In this document: in pieces, positions 46,487 through 56,091 of the stretch
Layout of the letters: each line of letters begins with the position of its first letter
Position numbering within the stretch: position 1 is the stretch's first letter
Translations under genes and position numbers: made by a program
The notes under the pieces: generated by a model
The model's database searches: none
What the model was told of the DNA's origin: nothing
What the model saw: the letters and a program-made list of their open reading frames with translations, nothing else
DNA from: an uncultured Enterobacteriaceae bacterium
GTDB lineage: Bacteria; Myxococcota_A; UBA9042
Direction of reading: 5' to 3'
Assembly: GCA_964356325.1 (NCBI GenBank)
Contig: CAYHHL010000006.1
Coordinates: 6,536 to 70,535 of the forward strand
DNA: 64,000 nt

Positions 46487-48121
46487 ATGCACGCCAAGGC
46501 CGCGGTCGCCATCATCAGCAAAGTGCCGCGTCCCGGGCGATCCAAGACGCGTCTGGCCCGGACGCTCGGCTTGCCGGCGGCGCTGGACCTGCACCGCGCA
46601 TTCCTGGCCGATGAACTGCGTCAGTTGCACGCCCCGGATTGCTGGCGGCTCGTGTTCATCCACGATGCCATTGAAACTGCACAAGAAGTAGAGGAACTCG
46701 CCAGCCTCGTCGCCGGTCGCGCCGACTACGTGGTGCCGGGCAAGCGCGATCTCGCTCACGAACTTCTCGAAGCGTTTCGCCTGCTGCTTGCCGAACACGA
46801 GCGCGTGGTCATCGTCAGCGGCGATGTGCCGCACATCGATCCGGAACTGGTGGCGCGCGCGTTGGCGGCGCTCGATACCGCCGATCTGGTGCTGGGTCCC
46901 GGACCGGATGGCGGCTACTACCTCGTCGGGCTCAAGGTGCCGCACGACGTCTTCACTACGATTCCGATGGGTACCGCTGCGGTCGAGAAGGCGACCGTGG
47001 CCGCGGCGCAGCGACTGGGCCTGCAGGTGGCGCACATCGAGGCGATGGTCGATCTGGACGAGGCCCAGGATCTGCTTGCGCTCGAGGCGATGGCACCTGG
47101 GCTTGCCCAAGCGACGCGCGCGGTGGTGGCGCAACTCGGGCGTACCGATCTGAGCGCGACCCTGCCAACCGAGCTCCAGGTCGAGGTCACCAGCCGTTGC
47201 AACCTGCGCTGTTCAGCCTGCCTGATCACCCACGAAACGCTGGCGCCGGATGCGGATCTCGACATGGCGGATTGGCATCGCATCGTCGATGGCCTGCCGA
47301 ACCTTGGCCGCGTGGCCTTCCAGCTCAACGGTGAACCGCTTCTGTGTCGCGACGTATTCGCCATGATCGCGGACGCAGTGGCTCGCGGTGCCACTACGGT
47401 GATGAATACCAACGGCCTGCTTCTCGACGAACAGCGCCGTGTCGGAGTGCTGAGCAGCGGCCTGCATGAACTGCGCGTGTCGCTGGACGGCGCCAGGCCA
47501 CAAACCGTGCTTGAGATGGCAGGCGCGGATATCCTGGGCGCCGTGACGCGCCGCGTGCGCGAAATGGTCCAGGCTCGCGGCTCGGCGACCCTGCCTCGCA
47601 TCAGCCTGTGGATGGTGGCGACGCGGCTCAATATCGAGGAACTGCCAGATCTCGTGCGCCTGGCAGCTGAGCTGGGGGTCGAGGAAGTCTACGCCCAACG
47701 CCTGGTGCTGACCGGCCACGGGGTGGCGCAACGAGCGTACTCACTGCACGGCCGGAGCGGACCGCTGCTGCGCGACGTGGTGGCGCGCGCCGAGGCCATT
47801 GCGGCCGAAACCGGAGTGGCCTTGCGGGCATCGGGCAGGCAGCCGATCCTGGAGAGCTTCGCCGCCTCGGACGACCCGCATCCGCAGCGGGGTTGCTGGC
47901 GGCCCTGGCGCAGCGCTGTGGTGACTGCATCGCTGAAGGTGCTGCCGTGTTGCATCGCCAGCTTCACGCAGTCCTACGCCGAGTTGGAACTGGGCGATCT
48001 GCGAACGCAAACGTGGTCGGACATTTGGAACGGCGCCGCCTATCGACGGTTGCGCAACGGCCTCCTGGACGGCCCGCCGCAGCGCGGATGCCGCGACTGT
48101 GGCAAGGAGTGGAGCCTGTGA
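46487..48121 (+). CDS. Fusion protein: DUF2064 (TIGR04282-type glycosyltransferase-like nucleotidyltransferase fold) + radical SAM with a C-terminal SPASM domain
   Basis: The N-terminus is AAVAIISKVPRPGRSKTRLARTLG ... GDVPHIDPE ... GPGPDGGYYLVGL. The C-terminus has VEVTSRCNLRCSACL (CxxxCxxC), then CWRPWRSAVVTASLKVLPCCIAS ... GCRDCG (SPASM cysteines). Confidence 0.75.
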   Translation: MHAKAAVAIISKVPRPGRSKTRLARTLGLPAALDLHRAFLADELRQLHAPDCWRLVFIHDAIETAQEVEELASLVAGRADYVVPGKRDLAHELLEAFRLLLAEHERVVIVSGDVPHIDPELVARALAALDTADLVLGPGPDGGYYLVGLKVPHDVFTTIPMGTAAVEKATVAAAQRLGLQVAHIEAMVDLDEAQDLLALEAMAPGLAQATRAVVAQLGRTDLSATLPTELQVEVTSRCNLRCSACLITHETLAPDADLDMADWHRIVDGLPNLGRVAFQLNGEPLLCRDVFAMIADAVARGATTVMNTNGLLLDEQRRVGVLSSGLHELRVSLDGARPQTVLEMAGADILGAVTRRVREMVQARGSATLPRISLWMVATRLNIEELPDLVRLAAELGVEEVYAQRLVLTGHGVAQRAYSLHGRSGPLLRDVVARAEAIAAETGVALRASGRQPILESFAASDDPHPQRGCWRPWRSAVVTASLKVLPCCIASFTQSYAELELGDLRTQTWSDIWNGAAYRRLRNGLLDGPPQRGCRDCGKEWSL

Positions 48122-48135
48122 CTGCACCATCCGGC

Positions 48136-48906
48136 ATGTTCGGCAGGCCGCGCCCGGCACCGCATGGGCGCATGGCGCTCCTGATGGCGTCGACCTGCCT
48201 GATCGCAGCCTGCGTCGGCAGTGGCGAACTGCCGGCGACCCTGAGCGGCCAGATCGTCGGCGGGGACGATCGGCCGCTAGGTCCCGGACTGGTCCTGATC
48301 GAGCGCGGCAAAGTTCACGCCGGCGCCTATGAGGGCGGGACGCTCATCGACGCGCAAGGCAAGTTCAGCCTGCCTCTGCCAGGCGGCGGCACGTGGGGCA
48401 TCCACTTGTTCCACAGCGACTATTCCTACGTGCCCATCGAACTGACGATCGACCCGCACCAGCAAGTGGTGCTCACCAACATGATGGCCTCCTGGGGGGT
48501 GTGGCTGGACTTGACCGGGCAGCCGACCTGGCCCGATCAGCCCGACGACACCCGGCTGTTGCGCATGCCCGTCGATGACAACAAGGCCGACAACCCGGTG
48601 CTGTCCGACATCGAGATGACCTACCCGAGCAAGACGCTGATGCAGATCACGGCGCAGGCGTTCGATCCGGACGGCGACCTGTCGCGCATGGTCCTGGTGC
48701 ACGACACGGCCACGGGCGCCGGCTACGCTCTCAACCCGCCATCGCCGCCCGATGCCAAGGGTAACTACCCCAATGGTAAGTATTCGCTGAAGATATTCAT
48801 CGATCCCCGCCATGTGCCTGGGAAGTCGCTGTGGTACTTCGTCGTGTCCGACAACATGTGCAACAACACGCCGATCATGCCGGTCGCGATGCCTCCGCTG
48901 CCGTAA
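48136..48906 (+). CDS. Lipoprotein, hypothetical
   Basis: MFGRPRPAPHGRMALLMASTCLIAACVGSG has a lipobox. The mature part is beta-rich. It lies 14 nt after the radical SAM gene. Confidence 0.5.
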   Translation: MFGRPRPAPHGRMALLMASTCLIAACVGSGELPATLSGQIVGGDDRPLGPGLVLIERGKVHAGAYEGGTLIDAQGKFSLPLPGGGTWGIHLFHSDYSYVPIELTIDPHQQVVLTNMMASWGVWLDLTGQPTWPDQPDDTRLLRMPVDDNKADNPVLSDIEMTYPSKTLMQITAQAFDPDGDLSRMVLVHDTATGAGYALNPPSPPDAKGNYPNGKYSLKIFIDPRHVPGKSLWYFVVSDNMCNNTPIMPVAMPPLP

Positions 48907-49101
48907 TGACAGCACGGGCCGTTGTGTGAAAATTGGTTGCGACTGAAGCGGCCGGTGTGGAGTAGGGAGCTGGCGATGGCCGTCTGAGCAGGCTCGGACG
49001 CGTCGGGCGGGGTGGCAATGTCCCGTGGTGGGTGTAGGCTGGCTCCATTGCGCACGTCGGGTGCGCGGGCGGCCTTCGAGCCCGAGGAGACAGGCCCTGC
49101 C

Positions 49102-50130
49102 ATGGCCCAACAATCGCAGACTTCTCTGGCGTTACAGGCACCCGCCTTCGAAGCATTGTTGACGATCATCGACAGCGTCGACGCCGGCATCTATGTCGCT
49201 GACTTGCAGACCTACGAACTGCTCTTCGTCAACGATTACTTTCGCAATGTCTTCGGAGATATCGCGGGCAAGACCTGTTGGAAGGTCCTCCAGCGCGACC
49301 AGACCGGCCCGTGCGCGTTCTGCACCAATCCGCTGCTGGTCGACGCCGAGGGCAACCCGACCGGCCCGGTGGTCTGGCAGCATCACAACCTCCTGGTCGA
49401 CCGCTGGTATGAAGTGCGCGATTGCGCGATCCGCTGGGGCGATGGCCGACTCGTGCGCCTCGAGGTCGCCACAGACATCACGGCCCAGCACCAGGTGCAA
49501 GACGCCCTGCGCGAAAGCGAGCAGATGCTGCGGGACATCACGTCGGACTTGGGAGAGGGCGTGTTCGTCCTGGACGCTCGCGGCCGCGCGACTTTCGTCA
49601 ATCCCAAGGCTTCGGAACTGCTAGGTTGGACCCCACAAGAACTGCTCGGCACCGATCTGCATGAGATCCTGCACGCGAAACGCCCCGGTGGCGAGGACGT
49701 GCCTGCCGGCCAGTGCGGGCTGCTGCGCGTCCTCGAGACCGGCGAAACTTTCAAAGCGCACGAGGAGTTCTACCGCCGCAAGGACGGGACGTTCGTCCCG
49801 GTCGCGCTGGTCGCCACCTCCATCGTGCGCGACGGGCGCATCATCGGCGCCGTGACTGCATTCCACGACATCACGGCACGCAAGGCGGCTGAGGCCGAGC
49901 AAGCGCGCCTGATTACAGAGTTGCAGGACGCGCTGGCCAACGTCAGGACCTTGCGCGGCCTGCTGCCGGTCTGTGCCTGGTGCAAGAAGATTCGCGATGA
50001 TGACGGCTATTGGCAGCAAGTCGAAGTCTACTTGAGTTCGCACGCCGACGTGAAAGTCACCCACGGCATGTGCACCCAGTGCCTGACCGAAGCGATCGCG
50101 AATCTGGATCAGGAAGCTGCCGCGCGATGA
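49102..50130 (+). CDS. Cytoplasmic tandem-PAS sensor protein with a C-terminal 4-Cys (CxxC...HGxCxxC) motif
   Basis: It has two PAS-like blocks (…IYVADLQTYELLFVND… and …VFVLDARGRATFVNPKASELLGW…). It ends LPVCAWCKKIRDDDGYWQQVEVYLSSHADVKVTHGMCTQC. Confidence 0.7.
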   Translation: MAQQSQTSLALQAPAFEALLTIIDSVDAGIYVADLQTYELLFVNDYFRNVFGDIAGKTCWKVLQRDQTGPCAFCTNPLLVDAEGNPTGPVVWQHHNLLVDRWYEVRDCAIRWGDGRLVRLEVATDITAQHQVQDALRESEQMLRDITSDLGEGVFVLDARGRATFVNPKASELLGWTPQELLGTDLHEILHAKRPGGEDVPAGQCGLLRVLETGETFKAHEEFYRRKDGTFVPVALVATSIVRDGRIIGAVTAFHDITARKAAEAEQARLITELQDALANVRTLRGLLPVCAWCKKIRDDDGYWQQVEVYLSSHADVKVTHGMCTQCLTEAIANLDQEAAAR

Positions 50131-51917
50131 ACAAAGGCCGTATCAGCCGGATCGGCTTTCGTATCGCGGCACCAGCGGCCGTCGCGGCTGTGGCCCTGGT
50201 CGTCGTCTTGTTCTACATGCAGCGTCGCCAGGCGCGGGAGGGGGCGCAAGCCTATGACGGCTATGCCGATCTCCTGGGCCGTCTCATCGTCAACGACCTG
50301 CGCGACGGCATGTTGTCCGAGGACCGTCCGCGCATCCAGCGTGAATTGACGCGCCTGGCCGACATGGCGCCCATCCGCTCGGCGCGCGTCGTGGACAAGC
50401 AAGGCAAGGTAGTGTTTGCCAGCGATGCCGCAGTGTTGGGGACGGTCATGTCTCGCACGGAGCCCAGTTGCGTCGCCTGCCACCAGCGCGGCGTGCCGGC
50501 CGAGCGACGCGGACACATCCTGCGCTTCGAGGCCAACGGTCGGCGGGTGCACCGCGTCGTGCAACCCATCACCCTCGATCACGCTTGCCTGACCTGCCAC
50601 GAGGAGAAGGAGGGCGCGGTGGTCGGCGTGCTCATCACCGATCTCGACGATGACCTGCTGACCGGCGGAGTGCGGGCCGACAGCACGCGCTCGGCCTGGG
50701 CCATCACCGTGCTGTTGGCGCTGCTGGTCGCGGCGGGGGCCGTCTTTGTTTGGCGGCATGTCGTGACGCGTATCCGCAACCTTCGGCATTTGCTCGATCT
50801 ACTGCGCAGCGGTGCGCGTGCCAGTGTCTTGTCGGTCAGTTCCGCGGACGAGATCGACGAGGTCACGCGCGCCGTGCAGGCTCTGGCGCTCGACCTGGAC
50901 GGCCGCGTCGGGCTGGAGCGGGCCAGCCGTCGCCTGGCGCCCGTGCTGGAACGCGAGGCCGGCGCGGTGTTGCTGGTCGACGCCGATGGCTGGATATTCG
51001 CCGCCAACCGCGCGGCCGTGCAGCGCATGGATGTGGCGGGCGAAGGTCTGATCGGTCGTGATCGCAGCCACTTCGAAGGCCCCGGCGAGGGTCTGTCGGA
51101 TCAGGCGCACGACTTGGGCTGGGCGCTGCCGGCCGAAGGGCAGGACGGGCCCGCGGTGGTGGCGCTGGCCGACGCCGCCGGCAAGGTCATTGCCTGCCTG
51201 GAACTGTGGGCGGTCCAACCGGGCGAGCATGCAGCCGATGGTGTGGCTGAAGCGAGTCTTGCCGCGACCACGATCCCTGAGAATCCTGAGTGGTTGCTGT
51301 ATGGTGCGGTGCTCGCCGAGTCCATCCGACCTAGCCGGCAGGGCGGACCGACGGTGATGCGTTTCGACCCGCGACTGGCGCGAGCCCGGCGCCTGGCCGG
51401 CGATCTGGTGGCCTTGGGCAGCGAGGCGGCCACCGAGCGCGAGCAGGTCGATCTCAAGTCCCTGGGCATCATCATGCTGTGGGATCTGGAACGCGACATG
51501 CCGTTGCAGAAGTGGTATTTCCTGTATGATTCTGGGCAACGCGTGACGGGGGCGCGCTACCAACTGCGTGCGTTGCTGGAGCGTCTGGCACGGGCGGCTG
51601 GCCGTCAAGCCGGACCGGGCGGCCAGGTCGTCTTGTTCACGCAGGCTCGTCCCGGCCACGACGCGGTCTTTGTCGCCGCGTGGGCCAGTCGCGCGGGCGG
51701 TTCCGTGCTGCTCGACCCGCCGGACGGTCCGGCCTTGGCCAGCGCCATCGCCAGTGGTCACGGCGGCGGTGTCGAGGTCGATCCGGCCTTCGACATGCAA
51801 GCCATCCCTGGTTTCATGAACATGCGTCTGCCTTGTGGCACCGTCGGCACGCTCTTCGTGGCCGAACTGGCGGTGTCCGGCACGGTGCCCAAGCCGCATT
51901 CCCGGCATCTGGCATGA
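50127..51917 (+). CDS. Membrane sensor with a periplasmic dihaem-c domain (2 CxxCH) and a HAMP domain; no recognisable output domain
   Basis: TM1 is ...AAVAAVALVVVLFY. The periplasmic part has CVACHQ and CLTCHE. TM2 is AWAITVLLALLVAAGAVFVW. HAMP is VTRIRNLRHLLDLL...ADEIDEVTRAVQALALDLDGR. The ATG overlaps the previous stop (ATGA). Confidence 0.6.
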   Translation: MNKGRISRIGFRIAAPAAVAAVALVVVLFYMQRRQAREGAQAYDGYADLLGRLIVNDLRDGMLSEDRPRIQRELTRLADMAPIRSARVVDKQGKVVFASDAAVLGTVMSRTEPSCVACHQRGVPAERRGHILRFEANGRRVHRVVQPITLDHACLTCHEEKEGAVVGVLITDLDDDLLTGGVRADSTRSAWAITVLLALLVAAGAVFVWRHVVTRIRNLRHLLDLLRSGARASVLSVSSADEIDEVTRAVQALALDLDGRVGLERASRRLAPVLEREAGAVLLVDADGWIFAANRAAVQRMDVAGEGLIGRDRSHFEGPGEGLSDQAHDLGWALPAEGQDGPAVVALADAAGKVIACLELWAVQPGEHAADGVAEASLAATTIPENPEWLLYGAVLAESIRPSRQGGPTVMRFDPRLARARRLAGDLVALGSEAATEREQVDLKSLGIIMLWDLERDMPLQKWYFLYDSGQRVTGARYQLRALLERLARAAGRQAGPGGQVVLFTQARPGHDAVFVAAWASRAGGSVLLDPPDGPALASAIASGHGGGVEVDPAFDMQAIPGFMNMRLPCGTVGTLFVAELAVSGTVPKPHSRHLA

Positions 51918-52092
51918 ACACACCATGGCGGTGGTGCCTTCGGGGCAGCCGGAAATGGTTCTGCGGCGTCGGTGGAAATGGTGGGTCTGGGCGATGTTGG
52001 CCCGGGTTCATGGGCGGTACCTTGAGTTCGAGGCCTGCGAGATTCACAGGCTCCGAACAGGGCGCAACCCGCCCGGCAACTGGAGGCCCCAC

Positions 52093-52389
52093 ATGGACAG
52101 CAACTTCATCGGACAGCTCGTACTCAGCATCGCCATCTTCGCCCCGGGTCTGGTCATGCTCGCCGGCCTGGCGTTCATCGGACTGCTGATGATGCTGGAG
52201 CGGACCGTGCTGCGCGGCAAGCCGGACCTGGCCGTCGTGGCGAAGACTTCGGCTGCCGCGCAACACCTGCCGGCCCGCAATCCGGCGCCGGATCGCATCG
52301 TCGCTGGCTTGAAGGAGGCCGTGGCTGAACAGGCCAATCCGGTCGAGCTCGAACGCCCCGCAGACCTGCGCAACAAGGGCAGTCGCTAG
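52093..52389 (+). CDS. Small membrane protein, hypothetical
   Basis: MDSNFIGQLVLSIAIFAPGLVMLAGLAFIGLLMMLE has one or two TM segments. Support is weak (position only). Confidence 0.3.
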   Translation: MDSNFIGQLVLSIAIFAPGLVMLAGLAFIGLLMMLERTVLRGKPDLAVVAKTSAAAQHLPARNPAPDRIVAGLKEAVAEQANPVELERPADLRNKGSR

Positions 52390-52486
52390 AGACTCGAGTC
52401 CGCATCCTGTCAGGAAGCCCGCCTGAGAGACCCAGCGCCAGCAGCCCACGAGGCCCTGGCGCCCGGAGTCGAGGAGAAACAGCGCC

Positions 52487-53836
52487 ATGTCCCGCTTCGA
52501 TGCCCTGCTCAGACGCCTGTCGCGGCCGCAAGATCGTCTCCCGCCCGACCAACACCCCGGCTGGAAGGTACGCCTGCGCATGATGGCCCGCATTGCGTGG
52601 CGTTATGTGTGGGTCTACTTCGCCCTGCTGGCCCTGGCCGTGACGTGGGTCGCCGCTTCCGGCATGGACGTCTATCACCGCACGGAGATGCCCGAGTTTT
52701 GCGGGACTTGCCACGAGATGGGCGCCAACTTCGACACCTGGTCCAACTCCCGCCACGGCAGCATCCGCTGCATCGACTGCCATGCTCGCCCGGGCATCTC
52801 CGGCTGGGTCGCGGCCAAGATGGGCGGCATGTCGCAGCTGTACACTCACCTGACTGCGGATTCCATCAAGGATATCCACCTGCAGACGAAGCACGCCACC
52901 ATCGTCAGCGAAAACTGCTCGCGCTGCCACACCGACAGCGCGCGGGCGGGCGACCGTCACAGCCGTGCGATGGCCCATAGCCAGCACGCGGATCTGGGCA
53001 TACAGTGCGTCGCTTGTCATTCCGGCAATATAGCGCACCCGACCGCCGCCGAAGCGCGCGATTCGGTGGCAGGCCTGGTCGACGTCGGTACCTGCTTCAA
53101 GTGCCACGATGGCAAGCAAACGGTCGGCAAGAAGGTCGCATTTGCCGCGCGCGACGAGAAGTCGTGTGAGAAATGCCACCTGGATGCACACTTTGCCAAC
53201 CAGCATTTCGCGGGTGACAAGTCCGGCACCACGCACAAGCTTTGCCTGGACTGTCACGAGGCGCGTCCGGGGCAACCGCACTACGCCATGGACAAGCGAG
53301 ACCAGGGTCGCCTGTGTGCCAAGTGCCATGAACCGCCCAAGGATCTAGTGTCGACCCACAAGCCCTTCCGGGAGGGCAAGTGCGACGAGTGCCACCGCGT
53401 CATGACCCCGGCCTACCTGTTCCGTCACGGTCCGAAGCCGGACCAGGCGTTCTGTCTGCACTGTCATGATGATGTCGGCGCCGTCCTCGGCCTTGCCGAA
53501 CCCACGACACGGACAGCGTTTGCCGAGGCCAAGACCGACCTGCACCGCCAGCACGCCGACGACATCGGCAAAGCGACGCCCGACCTGTGCCTCAAGTGTC
53601 ATGCCGGCCACGGCAGCACCGCGCCACGCGGCCTGGTCCATCTGGCCCCGAGCGAGGACGGCGATGGCAAGCCGGGCCTCTTCAAGGCGACGAAAACTGG
53701 TGGCAGTTGCAGTGGAAGTTGTCACGGCGACGAGGCCGTCCGCTATGACCTGAATGGCAGCAAAGACGAAGACGAAGACGAAGAAGAAGCCAAGCCGGCC
53801 GCCGGCGCCAAGGTGCAAGAGGAGGTCGAACCATGA
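52487..53836 (+). CDS. Membrane-anchored NapC/NirT-like multihaem cytochrome c (12 CxxCH)
   Basis: An N-terminal TM anchor (WRYVWVYFALLALAVTWVAA) is followed by CGTCH and CIDCH in NapC/NirT spacing. Ten further haem motifs follow: CSRCH, CVACH, CFKCH, CEKCH, CLDCH, CAKCH, CDECH, CLHCH, CLKCH and CSGSCH. Confidence 0.8.
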   Translation: MSRFDALLRRLSRPQDRLPPDQHPGWKVRLRMMARIAWRYVWVYFALLALAVTWVAASGMDVYHRTEMPEFCGTCHEMGANFDTWSNSRHGSIRCIDCHARPGISGWVAAKMGGMSQLYTHLTADSIKDIHLQTKHATIVSENCSRCHTDSARAGDRHSRAMAHSQHADLGIQCVACHSGNIAHPTAAEARDSVAGLVDVGTCFKCHDGKQTVGKKVAFAARDEKSCEKCHLDAHFANQHFAGDKSGTTHKLCLDCHEARPGQPHYAMDKRDQGRLCAKCHEPPKDLVSTHKPFREGKCDECHRVMTPAYLFRHGPKPDQAFCLHCHDDVGAVLGLAEPTTRTAFAEAKTDLHRQHADDIGKATPDLCLKCHAGHGSTAPRGLVHLAPSEDGDGKPGLFKATKTGGSCSGSCHGDEAVRYDLNGSKDEDEDEEEAKPAAGAKVQEEVEP

Positions 53837-56070
53837 TTCACCGTCGCTTCCTGGTGTATTTCCTGGTGCTGTCGGCCATCACCGTGGTCGCGACGGTGGC
53901 TTTCGAAGCCTGGTCGTTCCGGCGCGCCATCGACCACTCCCTGAACCAGAACCTGCTGTTTGCACGCAGTGTCGCCCGCGTCGTGAGCGGTGCGGTCGAG
54001 CAGGAGAAGGCGCACCTCGAGCGTCTGCTGGACGCCGCGGGCAAGGACGCGGCGGATCCCAAGGCCTTGGCCGCCGACCTCAAGACGGTGCGGTTGGCTA
54101 CGCTGGACAAGGACGGCATGGCCCTGTTCGACGACAAACGTCAACTGCTGGCGGCAGATACCGATCCCGGGGGCCTGCCGCCGCCAGAAGTCCTGCTGCC
54201 AGCCCTGCGCCGGACCCAGGCATCGGGGCACGTGGTCGTGAGCGACCTGTGGAAGGGCATCGACCACAAGCCGCGCGTCGCCATCGTGCTCGGGCGCACG
54301 CTGGGGACCGGCGAGACGGCGGCGTGGCGGGCCGCGGTGGTCTACGTGCGCTTGGATGGCAAGAACTTCCAGCGCATCTTCGACAACTTCCTGGTCAACG
54401 AGCAGTCGCGGCTGCAACTGCTCGACTCGACGGGCGTGGCCCTGTACTCGACCTTGCCCCGGGAGCGCTTCCGTTCGGTGGTCCACGGCACCTACTTCAC
54501 GGACAAGGTACGGCTGGGCAACGCCGTGCAAATGCCCTGTCATTCCTGCCACAAGAACGGCGAGTCGGAGACGATTCGGCAAAGCGAGGTGACGACCGTG
54601 GCGCCCCTGGCCGGCATCGGCTGGACGGTGACCGTGCGCGAGGGCACGCGCGACCTGTACGCGCCGATGCGTGAGACCGTGTACACTTCGTCGGCACTGG
54701 TGTCCTTGATATTCGGCTGCTTTGTCGGCTTCTACGTCCTGTTGTCGCGGCGGGTTTTGAGGCCGATGCGTCAACTGGCGGAAACGGCGACGGCCTTGGC
54801 CCAGGACGCTGGCGCAACCCAGACCGGCTTTCGATCCCGGGATGAATTCGCCATGTTGTCGGAGTCCTTCGAGGCGATGCGGTCCCGTTCCACCGCCGCG
54901 AAGGACGCTTTGCCGAACAGCCCCATGCAGGCAGTCCACCGGCAACCCAGCGGGATCGTGGTCTCCGACCTGCGCAAGACCCTGAACGGCCTGGTCGATG
55001 GCGTTGCCAAGAGCAAGGCGGTGCGTTCCGTGGTCTTGCACCTGGACGGACCGGCGCTGGAGGAGGGCTTCTTCGCCTGCCAGGACATCGCCTTGCGTAG
55101 CGAGGGGCGGATCGGCGCGAGCCTGGATGCCGCGGCCGCCGGTCGGTCGCAGGTGAGCGTCGCCGACCTGGACAGCCGCGGAATCGCTGTCGAGAATGCT
55201 CACGAAACCAAGCTGTTCTACGTGCAGCGGATCCGCGTGGCCGACGCGCTGGACGGGGCGTTGTGGATCGGCGTCGCCGATGGCAGCGAGGAACTCGGGC
55301 GCTACCTTGGGCCGACGATGGCGCTCATCGCCAACCAGGTGCAATCGCTCATCGAACGCAGCCTGCTGCAGGACCAGCTGCGGGTGGAGCAGGCGCACAA
55401 GGATCGCATGCTGCGTCACCTGTTCGAGGCAGAAGCCGAGGAACGCAAGCGGATTGCTCGGGAAATCCACGACGGCACTGCGCAGGAACTGACGGCGCTG
55501 CTGCTGGTGCTGGAAACGCTACCCGACGGAGTGTCACCCGGCGACAAGGCCAACATGGAACGGGCCAAGAACCTGGTCGGCCAGATCCTCGATGGCATCA
55601 ACCGGCTGGTGCGGCGCTTGCGGCCGGCGGTGCTCGATGATCTCGGCCTCATCGAAGCCGTTCGCGCAACTGGGCAAAACCTCATGGAAACAGCGGGGAT
55701 CGGCTTCGATCTGGAAGTCGTCGGCGAGGATCTGATGGTGCCCAAGGACGTGGAAGACACGGTCTATCGCGTGTTCCAGGAAACCGCGACCAACGTCGTG
55801 CGCCACGCCGGTGCCACCCACGTCAAGATGCGCCTGCACTTGGAGCCCGAGCGGCTGATGGGCTGGATCGAGGACAACGGGCGCGGCATGGATCTGTCGT
55901 GGCTGGACGACATCGCCGCCCGACCCCGTTGGGGCCTGCTCGGCGTGCGCGAGCGTATCGTCCAGGCGGGTGGTACGATTGACTTCATGACGCCGGCCTC
56001 GGGTGGCCTGCGCATCGTATTCGAAGTGCCGCTCACCCTGAATATGTACGCGAAAGTGGCGCAAGCCTGA
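53833..56070 (+). CDS. Sensor histidine kinase (NarX/HisKA_3 type) with a periplasmic haem-c (CxxCH) sensor domain
   Basis: TM1 is FLVYFLVLSAITVVATVAF. The periplasmic domain contains MPCHSCHK. TM2 and HAMP are ...VSLIFGCFVGFYVLLSRRVLRPMRQLAETATALAQ. The H-box is ERKRIAREIHDGTAQELTAL. HATPase is ETATNVVRHAGATHVKMRLH...EDNGRGMD. ATGA overlap with the upstream gene. Confidence 0.85.
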   Translation: MIHRRFLVYFLVLSAITVVATVAFEAWSFRRAIDHSLNQNLLFARSVARVVSGAVEQEKAHLERLLDAAGKDAADPKALAADLKTVRLATLDKDGMALFDDKRQLLAADTDPGGLPPPEVLLPALRRTQASGHVVVSDLWKGIDHKPRVAIVLGRTLGTGETAAWRAAVVYVRLDGKNFQRIFDNFLVNEQSRLQLLDSTGVALYSTLPRERFRSVVHGTYFTDKVRLGNAVQMPCHSCHKNGESETIRQSEVTTVAPLAGIGWTVTVREGTRDLYAPMRETVYTSSALVSLIFGCFVGFYVLLSRRVLRPMRQLAETATALAQDAGATQTGFRSRDEFAMLSESFEAMRSRSTAAKDALPNSPMQAVHRQPSGIVVSDLRKTLNGLVDGVAKSKAVRSVVLHLDGPALEEGFFACQDIALRSEGRIGASLDAAAAGRSQVSVADLDSRGIAVENAHETKLFYVQRIRVADALDGALWIGVADGSEELGRYLGPTMALIANQVQSLIERSLLQDQLRVEQAHKDRMLRHLFEAEAEERKRIAREIHDGTAQELTALLLVLETLPDGVSPGDKANMERAKNLVGQILDGINRLVRRLRPAVLDDLGLIEAVRATGQNLMETAGIGFDLEVVGEDLMVPKDVEDTVYRVFQETATNVVRHAGATHVKMRLHLEPERLMGWIEDNGRGMDLSWLDDIAARPRWGLLGVRERIVQAGGTIDFMTPASGGLRIVFEVPLTLNMYAKVAQA

Positions 56071-56091
56071 ACGATTGCGCAAGGGGGCCCC

